Below are positions 1-9,235 of a stretch of 64,000 nucleotides of DNA, in pieces. Made by a program: the position numbers and the translations under genes. This DNA is from Gemmatimonadota bacterium (GTDB lineage Bacteria; Latescibacterota; UBA2968; GCA-2709665), in the NCBI GenBank assembly GCA_028873695.1, contig JAPPNU010000062.1, forward strand, positions 257,057 through 321,056. Reading direction: 5' to 3'. Numbering within the stretch: the first letter of the stretch is position 1; every line of letters starts with the position of its first letter. The notes under the pieces were generated by a model. That model did not search any database and was not told where the DNA came from. It saw only the letters and a program-made list of their open reading frames with translations.

Positions 1-951
1 GGCCAGCGCAAGGGAGAGCCGGATAGCGTGCCGTTCTTCGTTTCCTTCAGAAAAAAAAGAACGCAGCAGTTCGGCGCTGGCTGTAGCAGCATCGCCGTGC
101 AATCCACCGGCAAGTGAAATCAGATCGGAAACACGATCGCCCGAGACGAATTCGTAACTTCCGGGCTTATAGACCGCGCCCGAAATACGCACGGAATCCT
201 TAAGCGCCGGCACGAAGATCTGGTCTCCATCCAGCAGAAACGGGTTGTGAGCGATATCGCCCGAAAGCCGCCACAGGGCGAGGTCCGCCCCGCGCCCGCC
301 ATCCGTCGGCGCGCCGCTTTCTGACAGCCGCTGGATCCGGATATTTCGTTGGGAAGCCCTGCCGTCCGGAGGTTTCAGCAATCCGCCCGCCTGACTGATG
401 AGTTCCGAAACCTGCTCGGTTCCCTCCACCATGTAGGTGCCCGGATGGACCACCTGTCCAACGACATTAACGGGAAAACTGCGCAGCCGGGCGAGAGAGA
501 TCTGGACGTCGAGACTTCGCAGATTGTCGCTGACGGCGTCCTGAATCCGCTTCCGGCTTTGCCCAAGATTGAGTCCTGCCAGCTGGATGGCGCCGACGTA
601 CGGAATGACCAGTTTGCCTTCCGCATTGACAAGAACGGGAAGGGTTACGGGTTCTTCCCCGGCTTCGATGTGGATGCTGAAGGTATCGCCGGGACCGACA
701 ATGTAGCGCTCGGAGCGGATAATGGCGTCGTAAGCGATCTTTCCGATCCATTTGACGTCCAGGCCCTGCATTTCGTCCGGCTGAAGCGTTGCGCCGGTCG
801 ATTTGCGATCGGACCTCCTCCGGCCGAGTTCCCGCCCCGGTCCAGATTGCGCGAACAGCATGACGGGTTCGGAAACGAGACCGAAGGAGAGCGCGATTGC
901 AATCAGACGCAAGACAAGGGTCGGTTTGCGGCAGGAGAAAAACCCGGTCAT
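1..951 (-). CDS. Polysaccharide export protein (Wza/SLBB type); 3' end runs off the window
   Basis: My own translation of a minus frame absent from the ORF track, open to position 1. ATG at 951-949. Signal-like MTGFFSCRKPTLVLRLIAIALSFGLVSEP, then RYIVGPGDTFSIHI...VNAEGKLVIPYVGAIQLAGLNLGQSRKRIQDAV...FPVNVVGQVVHPGTYMVEG...ISGAVYKPGSYEF, a poly_export plus SLBB pattern. ATGA start/stop overlap with thrB. Confidence 0.7.
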   Translation of the reverse strand, partial: MTGFFSCRKPTLVLRLIAIALSFGLVSEPVMLFAQSGPGRELGRRRSDRKSTGATLQPDEMQGLDVKWIGKIAYDAIIRSERYIVGPGDTFSIHIEAGEEPVTLPVLVNAEGKLVIPYVGAIQLAGLNLGQSRKRIQDAVSDNLRSLDVQISLARLRSFPVNVVGQVVHPGTYMVEGTEQVSELISQAGGLLKPPDGRASQRNIRIQRLSESGAPTDGGRGADLALWRLSGDIAHNPFLLDGDQIFVPALKDSVRISGAVYKPGSYEFVSGDRVSDLISLAGGLHGDAATASAELLRSFFSEGNEERHAIRLSLALA

Positions 952-1850
952 TCCGTGGTTACCCCGTCATGATCGACACGAAGGACGGCGGTGTCGACGT
1001 GCATGTTCAGTCGCGCCCAGGCGTTCTTCATGGCGTCCGCGATATTCGTGGCGTCATCGGTCGCAAAGGCGAGCAACGTCGGTCCGGCGCCGCTGAGGCA
1101 GGCGCCCATGGCTCCGGCTTCTTCCGCGGCTTCCAGTACCTCTTCGATTCCGGGTACGAGCGATGCCCGGTAGGGTTGATGGAGGCGGTCGCGCATCGCG
1201 GATTTCAAAGCGCACAGTTTGCCGCTCATCAGCGCCGCCGTCACCAGGCAGGCGCGGCCCACGTTGAACACCGCGTCCCTGTGCGGCACCCGCTCCGGAA
1301 GGGCCGCTCGCGCGGCTTCCGTTTGGAGTTCAAAGCGGGGAACCGCGACCACGGCGCGAAGTTCCCGAGGCGGCAGGGCCCGGATCGTTTCGACATGACC
1401 GTTTTCAAAGGAGCAGATGACGAGGCCGCCCAGGAGGCACGGCGCGACGTTATCGGGATGGCCTTCGAGTTCCGTGGCGAGGTTGAGAAGGGCGGGCTCG
1501 GAAAAGGGTTCGTCCATGAGCAGGTTGGCCGCGTACACGCCTGTCACGATAGCGGTGGAACTGCTGCCCAGCCCCCGTGAAAGCGGAATGCCGTTGTGCA
1601 TTTCCACGTCCAGCCCGGGCAGTGACCGGCCGGCGCGCTGAGCGGCCGCTTCGGCGGACCTGAAGAAAAGATTGGATTCGTCCGGCGGGAGTTTCCCGGC
1701 GCCTTTCCCCGTAATGTGCATCCGCCGGCGCCCGTCATTGGAAAGGGTTCGAATGACAACCCAGTTGTATAGGGTCAGTGCAAGGCCGAGTGCGTCGAAT
1801 CCGGGACCCAGGTTGGACGTTGAGCCGGGCGCTCTCAGGCGGATTTCCAT
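948..1850 (-). CDS. thrB: Homoserine kinase
   Basis: 300 aa. N-terminal APGSTSNLGPGFDALGLAL and GHMP-kinase motif PLSRGLGSSSTAIV. Confidence 0.9.
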   Translation of the reverse strand: MEIRLRAPGSTSNLGPGFDALGLALTLYNWVVIRTLSNDGRRRMHITGKGAGKLPPDESNLFFRSAEAAAQRAGRSLPGLDVEMHNGIPLSRGLGSSSTAIVTGVYAANLLMDEPFSEPALLNLATELEGHPDNVAPCLLGGLVICSFENGHVETIRALPPRELRAVVAVPRFELQTEAARAALPERVPHRDAVFNVGRACLVTAALMSGKLCALKSAMRDRLHQPYRASLVPGIEEVLEAAEEAGAMGACLSGAGPTLLAFATDDATNIADAMKNAWARLNMHVDTAVLRVDHDGVTTE

Positions 1851-2953
1851 TCCATCTCCGTGAGAAGTTTCGCACAGACGAGATCCGCCAGCAGGAGTCC
1901 GCGGCGGGTGAGCCGCACACGCCCGTCATCACGTTCGAAGAGGTGATCGGGAATGAGAGAGGTCCATCCGGGGCTCGCCCCCAACAACCTTTCGGGTATG
2001 CCGTTGGCGCGGCGGAGGCCGAGCATCACCTGTTCCACGCGCCGCTCGCGTGAGGAGATCGCCTCTTCCCCTGCAATCGCGACGCCCGAGGATTCCACAC
2101 TCCCTATATACGCCATGAGCGGGCGGATGTTCCAGGTCCGGCGGTCATTGAAGAAGGAGTGGGCGGAAAGCCCGACGCCAAGGTAAGCCTGCCTTTCCCA
2201 GCAGGCGATATTGTGACGGCAGGCAAAACCGGGTTGCGCGAAGTTCGAAACTTCGTAATGGACGTAACCGGCCTCGCACAGCTTTTCCTGAGCGGCCTCG
2301 TACATTTCCGCCTGGGTGTCTTCGGGAGGCAGCGGCAGGCGGCCCTTCTTCATTCTGCGGCCGAACGCGGTGCCGGGCTCGACGGTCAGCCCGTAAACGG
2401 AGACGTGTTCGGGAAAAAGGTCTATGGCGCGGTCCAGGGTTTCACGCCAGACTGAAACCGTCTGTCGGGGCGCGGAGAAAATCAGGTCGATATTGAGATT
2501 GCTCAAGCCGGCCCGGCGCGCAGCGTCCACGGCGGCCCCGGCCTCGGCGGGCGTGTGCCGCCTGCCCAGGGCCCGGAGCGTGGCGCTGTCCATGGCCTGT
2601 ACGCCCAGGCTGAGGCGGCTGATGCCGATGGCCGCCATCTGAGCAAACCGCGAACGGTCCTCGGGATTGGCTTCGGCGGAAATCTCCGCACCGGGCGTGA
2701 TTCGCGACATCGATCGGGCGGCGTCAAGGATTCGACGCAGCGAGTCCGGCGGAACCTCCGACGGCGTACCGCCGCCGAAATAGACCGTGTCGAACTCCAT
2801 GCGGCCGCCCATCTCCGACAGCCGGGTCCGCATCTCGCGGATGACCGCCGCAGCGTACCGGCCCGCCAGGTGCGTCTTGCCCACGTCGAATGCGAAGTCG
2901 CAATAGGGGCACCTGGATTTGCAGAACGGGACGTGGACGTAGAGACTGAACAT
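1835..2953 (-). CDS. hemW: Radical SAM heme chaperone HemW (HemN-like, oxygen-independent coproporphyrinogen oxidase family)
   Basis: MFSLYVHVPFCKSRCPYCDFA CxxxCxxC radical-SAM motif. I chose the internal ATG at 2953 because the ORF-track extension to 3052 runs into an intergenic repeat. Confidence 0.85.
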   Translation of the reverse strand: MFSLYVHVPFCKSRCPYCDFAFDVGKTHLAGRYAAAVIREMRTRLSEMGGRMEFDTVYFGGGTPSEVPPDSLRRILDAARSMSRITPGAEISAEANPEDRSRFAQMAAIGISRLSLGVQAMDSATLRALGRRHTPAEAGAAVDAARRAGLSNLNIDLIFSAPRQTVSVWRETLDRAIDLFPEHVSVYGLTVEPGTAFGRRMKKGRLPLPPEDTQAEMYEAAQEKLCEAGYVHYEVSNFAQPGFACRHNIACWERQAYLGVGLSAHSFFNDRRTWNIRPLMAYIGSVESSGVAIAGEEAISSRERRVEQVMLGLRRANGIPERLLGASPGWTSLIPDHLFERDDGRVRLTRRGLLLADLVCAKLLTEMEWKSA

Positions 2954-3042
2954 GAGGGTACGTGTTCTGTCACGGAGTCGGTTTGGTTGAATTACGTCGT
3001 TGAGTCGTTGGGCCGGCATCTCTTTGACAGGCTTAGGATCCA

Positions 3043-3190
3043 GCGCCTGCAACCTGAGCCGCTCCCTGAGCCTGTCGAAGGGTCGGCTAAGGGCGTATTG
3101 GAATGCCTAACAGATTACGAAACTCGGGCATTTCGACATTTCGACAAGCTCAATGCAGGCATGCTCAATGACCACGATTCGATAGGACGC
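3043..3190 (+). repeat. Dispersed intergenic repeat family R1, copy A
   Basis: GCGCCTGCAACCTGAGCCGCTCCCTGAGCC...GTCGAAGGGTCGGC...CGGGCATTTCGACAAGCTCAATGA shared with 5947-6082. The core is shared with 10540-10580. Confidence 0.6.
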
Positions 3191-3307
3191 TTCGGATTGT
3201 TCAGCACAAGGCGTGCAGACGACGCAGCGAGACTGGTTGAATCCGTGAATGAATGGTACCCCGTCTCCGGAACGGAACGCCGGAGTGAACGGAAACGCGG
3301 AATGCCA

Positions 3308-4069
3308 TCATCTGACAATTCGTCCGACACGACTCCATCGCGCGCGGCCGAATCCATGAATCAGGTTATAGACCGCCATTCTTGGAATTGAAAGGACGTC
3401 TTCGAAGGCCGGCGCCTCGGGGTCCGGCGCCCACGACCAGTAGATGATATTCGCCTGCGCCCGTATACGCCTCTCATCCAGAAAGCTCCAGTAGCGGCTG
3501 TCCTCGCTGTTGTCCCGGTTATCACCCATGACGAAATAGTGGCCGTCGGGAACCCTCGCGAGGCGCATGTTGTCGCGAATCCCGCCGGGAGTCGAAGCGG
3601 GCAGGATGACTGGATCCGAGTATTTGGAGAGCGGCGGATCCACGGAGCGCTTACCGTCGACATAGAGTATCTTGTCGCGGATTTCAACCTCCTGACCGGG
3701 CCCCGCCACCACGCGTTTGATAAAGTCCCGGGCGGGATTCCTCGGATACTCGAAAATGACGATATCCCCCGGTTCGGGACTCCTGAAACCTGGAAGCCGT
3801 ACGTCCGTAAATGGAATCCTGGCGCCGTAGACAATCTTGTTCGCCAGCAGAAAGTCGCCTGCCAGCAGCGTGTTCTCCATTGAGCCCGAGGGAATGCTGA
3901 AGGCCTGAACGACAAAGGTCCGCAGAAAAAGCGCCAGGGCAACGGCTACCAGTATGGCTTCGAGGTATTCTCTGGCCACTGACTTTTTCCCTCTGCGGGA
4001 TCGTCCCTTCCGGGCCTTTCGGGTCGGGGCCTTTTTACCGGCCCTCGTGCGTCGAGCGGGCTTGACCAT
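3308..4069 (-). CDS. lepB: Signal peptidase I
   Basis: SIPSGSMENTLLAGDFLL (catalytic Ser box) and GDNRDNSEDSRYW box. Lies immediately downstream of lepA. Confidence 0.9.
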   Translation of the reverse strand: MVKPARRTRAGKKAPTRKARKGRSRRGKKSVAREYLEAILVAVALALFLRTFVVQAFSIPSGSMENTLLAGDFLLANKIVYGARIPFTDVRLPGFRSPEPGDIVIFEYPRNPARDFIKRVVAGPGQEVEIRDKILYVDGKRSVDPPLSKYSDPVILPASTPGGIRDNMRLARVPDGHYFVMGDNRDNSEDSRYWSFLDERRIRAQANIIYWSWAPDPEAPAFEDVLSIPRMAVYNLIHGFGRARWSRVGRIVR

Positions 4070-4105
4070 AGTCTTGTGAACCGGCTCCGGGTCCGCGCGT
4101 TTCCT

Positions 4106-5905
4106 CTACATCTCCATCCGAAGGACGGCCAGGAACGCCTCCTGCGGGATTTCGATATTTCCCACCTGCTTCATCCTTCGTTTCCCCTCCCGCTGTCTTT
4201 CGAGAAGCTTCCGCTTTCTCGTCACGTCCCCACCGTAACATTTCGCGGTGACGTTCTTGCGGAAGGGACGTACGGATGTTCTGGAGATGATCTTCCTGCC
4301 GATGGCGGCCTGGATGACAACCTCGAACATCTGTCGCGGAATGAGTTCCTTGAGTTTGGAACAGATCGCCCGACCCCATTCGTAGGCCTTGTCGCGATGG
4401 ACGACGGCGGACAACGCGTCAACCGGGTCTTCGTTGATGAGCAGGTCGAGTTTGACGAGGTCGGCGTCCCGGTGTTCCTTGTATTCGTAGTCGAACGAGG
4501 CGTACCCTCGACTGACGGATTTCAGGCGGTCGTAAAAGTCGAGTACGATTTCGGAAAGGGGCAGTTCGTATCGCAGAAGCGCGCGCGTGGGATCCACGAA
4601 CTCGGTGGTAATATAGATTCCCCGTCGGTCCTGGGCAACCTGCATGGCCGCGCCGATGTATTCCGCCGGAACCAGAATCTGCGCGTTGAGTACGGGCTCC
4701 GAGATTTCTTCGATCTGTACGGCAGGCGGCATCTCGGCGGGATTGTGCACGACTTCGACTTCCCCGTTGGTAAGCAGGACTTCGTACGCCACGTTGGGTA
4801 CCGTGGTGATGATGTCCATGTCGAATTCCCGTGCGAGGCGCTCCTGAACGATCTCCATGTGAAGCAGGCCCAGGAAGCCGCAGCGGAAGCCGAACCCCAG
4901 GGCCGTGGACGTTTCCGGCTCAAAACGGAGTGACGCGTCGTTCAGGCGCAATTTCTCCAACGCCGTTCGGAGGTTGGTGTAGTCCTCGGCGTCGACCGGA
5001 TAGACGCCGGAAAAGACCATGGGCTTCACTTCCTGGTACCCGGGCAGCGGTTCCCCGGCGGGACGGTCGCGACCTGTAACGGTGTCGCCCATATGGAGTT
5101 CTTCAAGGTCCTTCACGCCTGCGATAAGATAACCGACTTCACCGGCCTGCAGCGCGCCGGTTTTGACCCGCTTGAGTTTGAGTACGCCGATTTCCTCGGC
5201 TTCGAACTGCCGCCCCGTGGAGAAGAAACGGATGGGCATACCTGTCCGCAGGCTGCCCTGGAAAACACGGACCGAGGCGACCGCTCCGCGGTACTGGTCG
5301 AAGATCGAGTCGAAGATAAGGGCCTGGAGTTCCGCGTCCGGATCGCCCTCCGGCGGCGGAATCCGTTCGATGATCGCCTGCAGCACGCCGTCGACGCCAA
5401 CGCCCTCTTTGGCGCTGATCTTGTGGATCTCGGACTCTTCGACACCCAGAAGGTCGTGAATCTGCAGAACCACCCTGTCCACGTCCACGTTGGGCAGATC
5501 GATCTTGTTGATAACCGGGATGATCTCGAGGTCCTGTTCCAGCGCAAGCAGCACGTTGCTGATCGTCTGCGCCTCCACGCCCTGCGCCGCATCGACGAGG
5601 AGGAGCGCGCCTTCGCAGGCGGCCAGGCTCCGGGAGACCTCGTATGAAAAGTCGACGTGCCCCGGCGTGTCGATGAGGTTGAGGATATATCCCCGACCGT
5701 CGGCGCGCGCGTATTCCATCCGGACGGCGTGCGACTTGATCGTGATGCCGCGTTCCCGTTCCAGGTCCATATCGTCCAGGACCTGGTCCACCATCTCATT
5801 CTGAGACAGGGTCGAGGTCACTTCCAGGAGGCGGTCCGCCAGGGTGGATTTGCCGTGGTCGATATGGGCGATGATGCAGAAGTTTCTGATATTTCGGGTA
5901 TTCAT
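4106..5905 (-). CDS. lepA: Translation elongation factor 4
   Basis: [28 protein letters not shown]1 motif and DTPGHVDF. Full-length LepA-like sequence ending ...[24 protein letters not shown]. Start moved to ATG 5905; the 56-aa ORF-track extension is translated R1 repeat. Confidence 0.95.
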   Translation of the reverse strand: MNTRNIRNFCIIAHIDHGKSTLADRLLEVTSTLSQNEMVDQVLDDMDLERERGITIKSHAVRMEYARADGRGYILNLIDTPGHVDFSYEVSRSLAACEGALLLVDAAQGVEAQTISNVLLALEQDLEIIPVINKIDLPNVDVDRVVLQIHDLLGVEESEIHKISAKEGVGVDGVLQAIIERIPPPEGDPDAELQALIFDSIFDQYRGAVASVRVFQGSLRTGMPIRFFSTGRQFEAEEIGVLKLKRVKTGALQAGEVGYLIAGVKDLEELHMGDTVTGRDRPAGEPLPGYQEVKPMVFSGVYPVDAEDYTNLRTALEKLRLNDASLRFEPETSTALGFGFRCGFLGLLHMEIVQERLAREFDMDIITTVPNVAYEVLLTNGEVEVVHNPAEMPPAVQIEEISEPVLNAQILVPAEYIGAAMQVAQDRRGIYITTEFVDPTRALLRYELPLSEIVLDFYDRLKSVSRGYASFDYEYKEHRDADLVKLDLLINEDPVDALSAVVHRDKAYEWGRAICSKLKELIPRQMFEVVIQAAIGRKIISRTSVRPFRKNVTAKCYGGDVTRKRKLLERQREGKRRMKQVGNIEIPQEAFLAVLRMEM

Positions 5906-5946
5906 ACACGGGAAACGCTGTAACTGACGTCCCATCCCTGGAGCCG

Positions 5947-6082
5947 GCGCCTGCGACCTGAGCCGCTCCCTGAGCCGTTGCCCTGAGCCAGCCGAAGGGT
6001 TGTCGAAGGGTCGGCGAAGGTTGTTGAAGAGGGCCTCACAGGTTACGAAACGCGGGCATTTCGACAAGCTCAATGAACGCGT
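5947..6082 (+). repeat. Dispersed intergenic repeat family R1, copy B
   Basis: Same blocks as copy A (GCGCCTGCGACCTGAGCCGCTCCCTGAGCC, GTCGAAGGGTCGGC, CGGGCATTTCGACAAGCTCAATGA). Lies directly upstream of the lepA start. Confidence 0.6.
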
Positions 6083-6343
6083 TTCTGCGAGGTCTGCCCA
6101 ATGCGGCGAGGCGGGACGAAACGGCGGAAGTGGGCGGTATATTTCTGTGTCGTGACATTATTTACAACTTCAAAAAATTCAACCGTCTACACACACCTCT
6201 TATAGAAGGTTAGAATATACTCTGTTAGGGGATTGAAGTCAACCGCGGAAGGGTAAAATGCCACGGTCCCGACGTACCGGTAGAAAGCACTTCGACAATT
6301 GGACGGAAGATCGGACCGGGACCGTCTATAGGGCGCAAAGGGG

Positions 6344-6373
6344 TTGACACCCCGTGAAACCGGTGGGTATATT
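6344..6373 (+). promoter_or_regulatory. Candidate sigma70-type promoter (TTGACA-N18-TATATT)
   Basis: TTGACA at 6344-6349 and TATATT at 6368-6373, about 200 nt upstream of the 6580 ATG. Confidence 0.3.
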
Positions 6374-6389
6374 GAAAGGGACCGACAAC

Positions 6390-6425
6390 GGCTTAGAAGC
6401 TGTTTTAAGATTACCGGCGAGTTCC
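6390..6425 (-). repeat. Repeat family R2, inverted partial copy
   Basis: The reverse complement reads ...CTCGCCGGTAATCTTAAAACAGCTTCTAAGCC, versus GACCGCTGGGAATTTTAAGACAGCTTCTTACGG at 6532-6564. Confidence 0.4.
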
Positions 6426-6501
6426 CGAGCACGAGCGAAAAAGTGGCGGTCAAGGCGGGCAACACCCGCCCATATTTGTCTATACGGGTGGATTTGACCA
6501 A

Positions 6502-6555
6502 CGCCGACCGGCGCTTTTGCAGCCGTGCGAAGACCGCTGGGAATTTTAAGACAGC
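6502..6555 (+). promoter_or_regulatory. Repeat/upstream motif family R2, copy 1 (core GCGAAGACCGCTGGGAATTTTAAGACAGC)
   Basis: The core ends 24 nt before the 6580 ATG. The same core sits 21 and 23 nt before the ATGs at 49086 and 63758. Confidence 0.45.
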
Positions 6556-6579
6556 TTCTTACGGAAGGAAACGGCACTT

Positions 6580-7791
6580 ATGCAAAGGCTCAGGATAGCG
6601 GTGATCGGTGTGGGCGCGGATCCGGGTTCCAGGGCGCGCCAGTACCTCAGTACAATCGCCCGCTTGACGGATCACTATGAATTGGTCGCAATCTGCGACC
6701 GGGACGAACGCGCGTTGGCCGAAGCGTCAGCGGGCGCTTCTACGGCCTGTTTTCAGGATATCAGGTCTCTCTTCGCTTCGGCCGCACCGGAAGTGGCGCT
6801 GAGCATGACGCCCAAGGACTCCCACGGCGTGATTGCGGCAACGGCCGCGCGTCACGGCGCGCATGTCATCACCGAAATTCCCGTTGGGCTCACACGGCGC
6901 TACGCGAGAGCGGTTGCGCAAACGTGCGAAGAACACGGTGTGCTGTGGGAGGTGGCGGAGCAGGTGTGGCTGTGGCCGCGGGAGCGATTGAAGAGAAAAA
7001 TCATCGAGGCCGGCCTGCTGGGCGAGTTGACGCATTCGCGCCTGTGGTACCTGACCGGTCAATATCACGGATTCAACGGAGTCCGCACGTTGCTTGGCAG
7101 AGAGGCGAAGCGGGTGCTGGGCTATTGCGGAGAAGCGCCGGCGCTGCCGTACGAGGCCTACGGCGGGGAGCGGGAGACCACGGTGATGTGGGACCACGCG
7201 GTGGTCGAGTTCGAGGGCGGTATCGTCTGCCTGTTTGAAAAGCCGCCGCGCGTCTTCCCTTCTCCGGCGCAGGGATTTGCAACCGGTTGGCACATTGAGG
7301 GGACCCGTGGATACCTGGACCAGAGCCAACTCGTGCTGTACAGCGAGAAGACTTCGCAGGCATTCGACCTTCAGGAACGTTTCGTGGATGTCGACGGGGA
7401 CGACGTGCTGGACGTCGCGCGCGTGGATACGAATCCTCCCGTCACGTGGGAGAATCCATACAGGAAGTGGCGCATCGGGTCGGCCGACGACGTCGCCAAG
7501 GCAAGCATTCTCGTCAGCTTTCACGGTGCGATAACCAGCGGGAGCCGGCCGCAGTACGGGCATGAGAACGCGCTGAAGGACTGGGAAATCTGCCTTGCCG
7601 TGCGGGAAAGCGCAAGGAGGGGGAATACCTGGGTCGACCTGCCCCTGGGCGAACCGACGGAGCTCGAGAGGAAAATCGAGGCAGAGTTCGTGCGGCGTTA
7701 CGGCCACGACCCCACCGAAGAGCCCGAAAAGCTGCTGGACGCGAACTTTACCCGGGCGGCGACTCTGTGGCCCTTCGCGCACTGGCTGTGA
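6580..7791 (+). CDS. Gfo/Idh/MocA family oxidoreductase
   Basis: 403 aa. N-terminal Rossmann segment LRIAVIGVGADPGS... with typical family length and layout. Confidence 0.75.
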   Translation: MQRLRIAVIGVGADPGSRARQYLSTIARLTDHYELVAICDRDERALAEASAGASTACFQDIRSLFASAAPEVALSMTPKDSHGVIAATAARHGAHVITEIPVGLTRRYARAVAQTCEEHGVLWEVAEQVWLWPRERLKRKIIEAGLLGELTHSRLWYLTGQYHGFNGVRTLLGREAKRVLGYCGEAPALPYEAYGGERETTVMWDHAVVEFEGGIVCLFEKPPRVFPSPAQGFATGWHIEGTRGYLDQSQLVLYSEKTSQAFDLQERFVDVDGDDVLDVARVDTNPPVTWENPYRKWRIGSADDVAKASILVSFHGAITSGSRPQYGHENALKDWEICLAVRESARRGNTWVDLPLGEPTELERKIEAEFVRRYGHDPTEEPEKLLDANFTRAATLWPFAHWL

Positions 7792-8112
7792 GAGAGGAGT
7801 CGAAGCCGGAAGCTGTATTTCAGCTAAATTTCGACAATCCACGCTTTCCGCTGGACACTTTGCCGTTGAATGGCCGAACCTATCGACAAGCTTCCGCCGC
7901 GTGAGTGGTTACAGACGGGAAATAAGGGAGGTTCAGGTGAAAAAAGCCTCCCGGAATTGTGAAATTGGTTATCTTGTGTACGTAATACCATCTGCACGGC
8001 GACAGAGTCGGTCTGCAAATAGAAAGAGGACGTTTAGGAGCCGGAATACCGGATTGAATTGGCAATAGGGGCCTATGGGCATTTTTTCGTGATTGACAGG
8101 GGAGGTAATGTT

Positions 8113-8331
8113 ATGGGTCTTGTCGATGGGACAATGAGGCTGATCGAACGTGTTGTAAAGGCCGGACGCGCAGAAGATTCTGTCCAAGATGCGACGGAAG
8201 ACCAAGCTTGGGACGAGGCTCAGGCGGCAGATATAGACGAAGGACTTCGCAGCGGAAGGATCAAGATGCTGTCTGCAGAGGAGTCCCAGGAAGCGATTGA
8301 TGCTCTGAAGAAAAAGTGGGACATGCCGTGA
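8113..8331 (+). CDS. Putative type II antitoxin (small acidic protein upstream of a RelE/ParE-like toxin)
   Basis: GGAGG at 8101-8105, 7 nt before the in-frame ATG at 8113. The stop overlaps the downstream toxin ORF. No family recognised from the sequence alone. Confidence 0.4.
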   Translation: MGLVDGTMRLIERVVKAGRAEDSVQDATEDQAWDEAQAADIDEGLRSGRIKMLSAEESQEAIDALKKKWDMP

Positions 8332-8645
8332 GTAGGCGGCGACGGAGAAAACGTGCCAGTGTTCGGACCGAGCCGGGGGCGAAGGAAGATCCCAGGGTTA
8401 TTCTTTCGAACACGGCTCTCAAGATGTTGGAGACGTTTCAGGCCAATGCAGGCCGTTTGGCCCTGGAGCGGATCGAGGCCCTGAAGAATCCTCGGAATCA
8501 AAGGGGGTCAGTCAAAATTCAGGGACGGCCCGCCAACGATGCTATGTTTAGAATCGAGTCCGGGAATTACAGGATCTTTTATAAGAGAGCCGGTTCAGAC
8601 GTTTACGTTGTGGATATTCGCCACCGACAAGGGGCTTATAAATAA
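8316..8645 (+). CDS. RelE/ParE family toxin
   Basis: C-terminal FRIESGNYRIFYKRAGSDVYVVDIRHRQGAYK matches the RelE/ParE pattern (R-[IV]-G-D-Y-R-[IV]-I-Y ... I-x-H-R). The start is uncertain: ATG 8316 or GTG 8328 (GTGA overlap). Confidence 0.6.
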   Translation: MGHAVSRRRRRKRASVRTEPGAKEDPRVILSNTALKMLETFQANAGRLALERIEALKNPRNQRGSVKIQGRPANDAMFRIESGNYRIFYKRAGSDVYVVDIRHRQGAYK

Positions 8646-8649
8646 ACAG

Positions 8650-8952
8650 TTATATCCTGAAACCGCCTTCGGCCCATTCTGAAGCCTCAAAGAAGCGATG
8701 CTTGACTGAAATGACATTGCCGCTCTCGTCGTTAATGCGGACGACTTTATAGGAGCGTGTCAGACGTACTTCACCCATTGCCGGCGTGACAGATTTTCGG
8801 TCCCACGGTCGAGAGAAGCCGATCGTGATTTTCCATTCGTTCGACGCCTCATCAAAATCGACCTCCTCAAGGCCAACGTGTGCGATTTCTTCACCCTCGA
8901 AGAGATCGGCTATAAACGCCCTGGCCGTTCCTGCGGCTTGTCTAACGTCCAT
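8650..8952 (-). CDS. Hypothetical small protein
   Basis: 100-aa ORF with plausible composition. No family recognised. Confidence 0.45.
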   Translation of the reverse strand: MDVRQAAGTARAFIADLFEGEEIAHVGLEEVDFDEASNEWKITIGFSRPWDRKSVTPAMGEVRLTRSYKVVRINDESGNVISVKHRFFEASEWAEGGFRI

Positions 8953-9235
8953 CCGTGCCCTCGCACGATTGTCTCAGGTTGTATTCCTGAAAACGCCAAT
9001 TCATCCATCGATCAATCCGTGGTACCGGTCGCCGGACCGCGAAATCGCCCTAATGTGCACAATGACGCTGAAGCTGAAGGCAATCTCGGTTGAGATTAAG
9101 CAAAGATTGTTCACACCAGTTCTTTTTCATTGATGAATTGACCAATATATGTAGTATCGCTTCCTCGAGCAATCCAGTCCCTACGTTGCTCGTATCAACG
9201 TATGATCAGATATTCAATATTGAAGGGTCCGCTCC

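Noticed and set aside
349-972. Long ORFs antisense or out of frame to real genes, e.g. 349..972 +, 6727..7842 -, 13223..14260 +, 24783..25946 +, 32083..33627 +, 47884..48957 +, 57617..58264 -, 58738..59910 -, 60391..61164 +.
   Set aside because: They have Arg/Pro/Gly-rich, low-complexity composition typical of shadow ORFs in GC-rich DNA. Each fully overlaps a gene with clear family motifs on the other strand or frame.
5906-6073. 56-aa N-terminal extension of lepA in the ORF track ([18 protein letters not shown]...).
   Set aside because: It is the translation of the R1 intergenic repeat. LepA homologues start at [18 protein letters not shown], and an ATG is present at 5905.
6527-6555. Reading the R2 core (CTGGGAATTTTAAGACAGC) as a sigma-54 -24/-12 promoter, or as a standard -35/-10 promoter.
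   Set aside because: The GG-N10-GC spacing and the TGGCAC/TTGC consensus do not fit. No TTGACA-like hexamer lies 17 nt upstream of the A/T-rich part. The function is left open.
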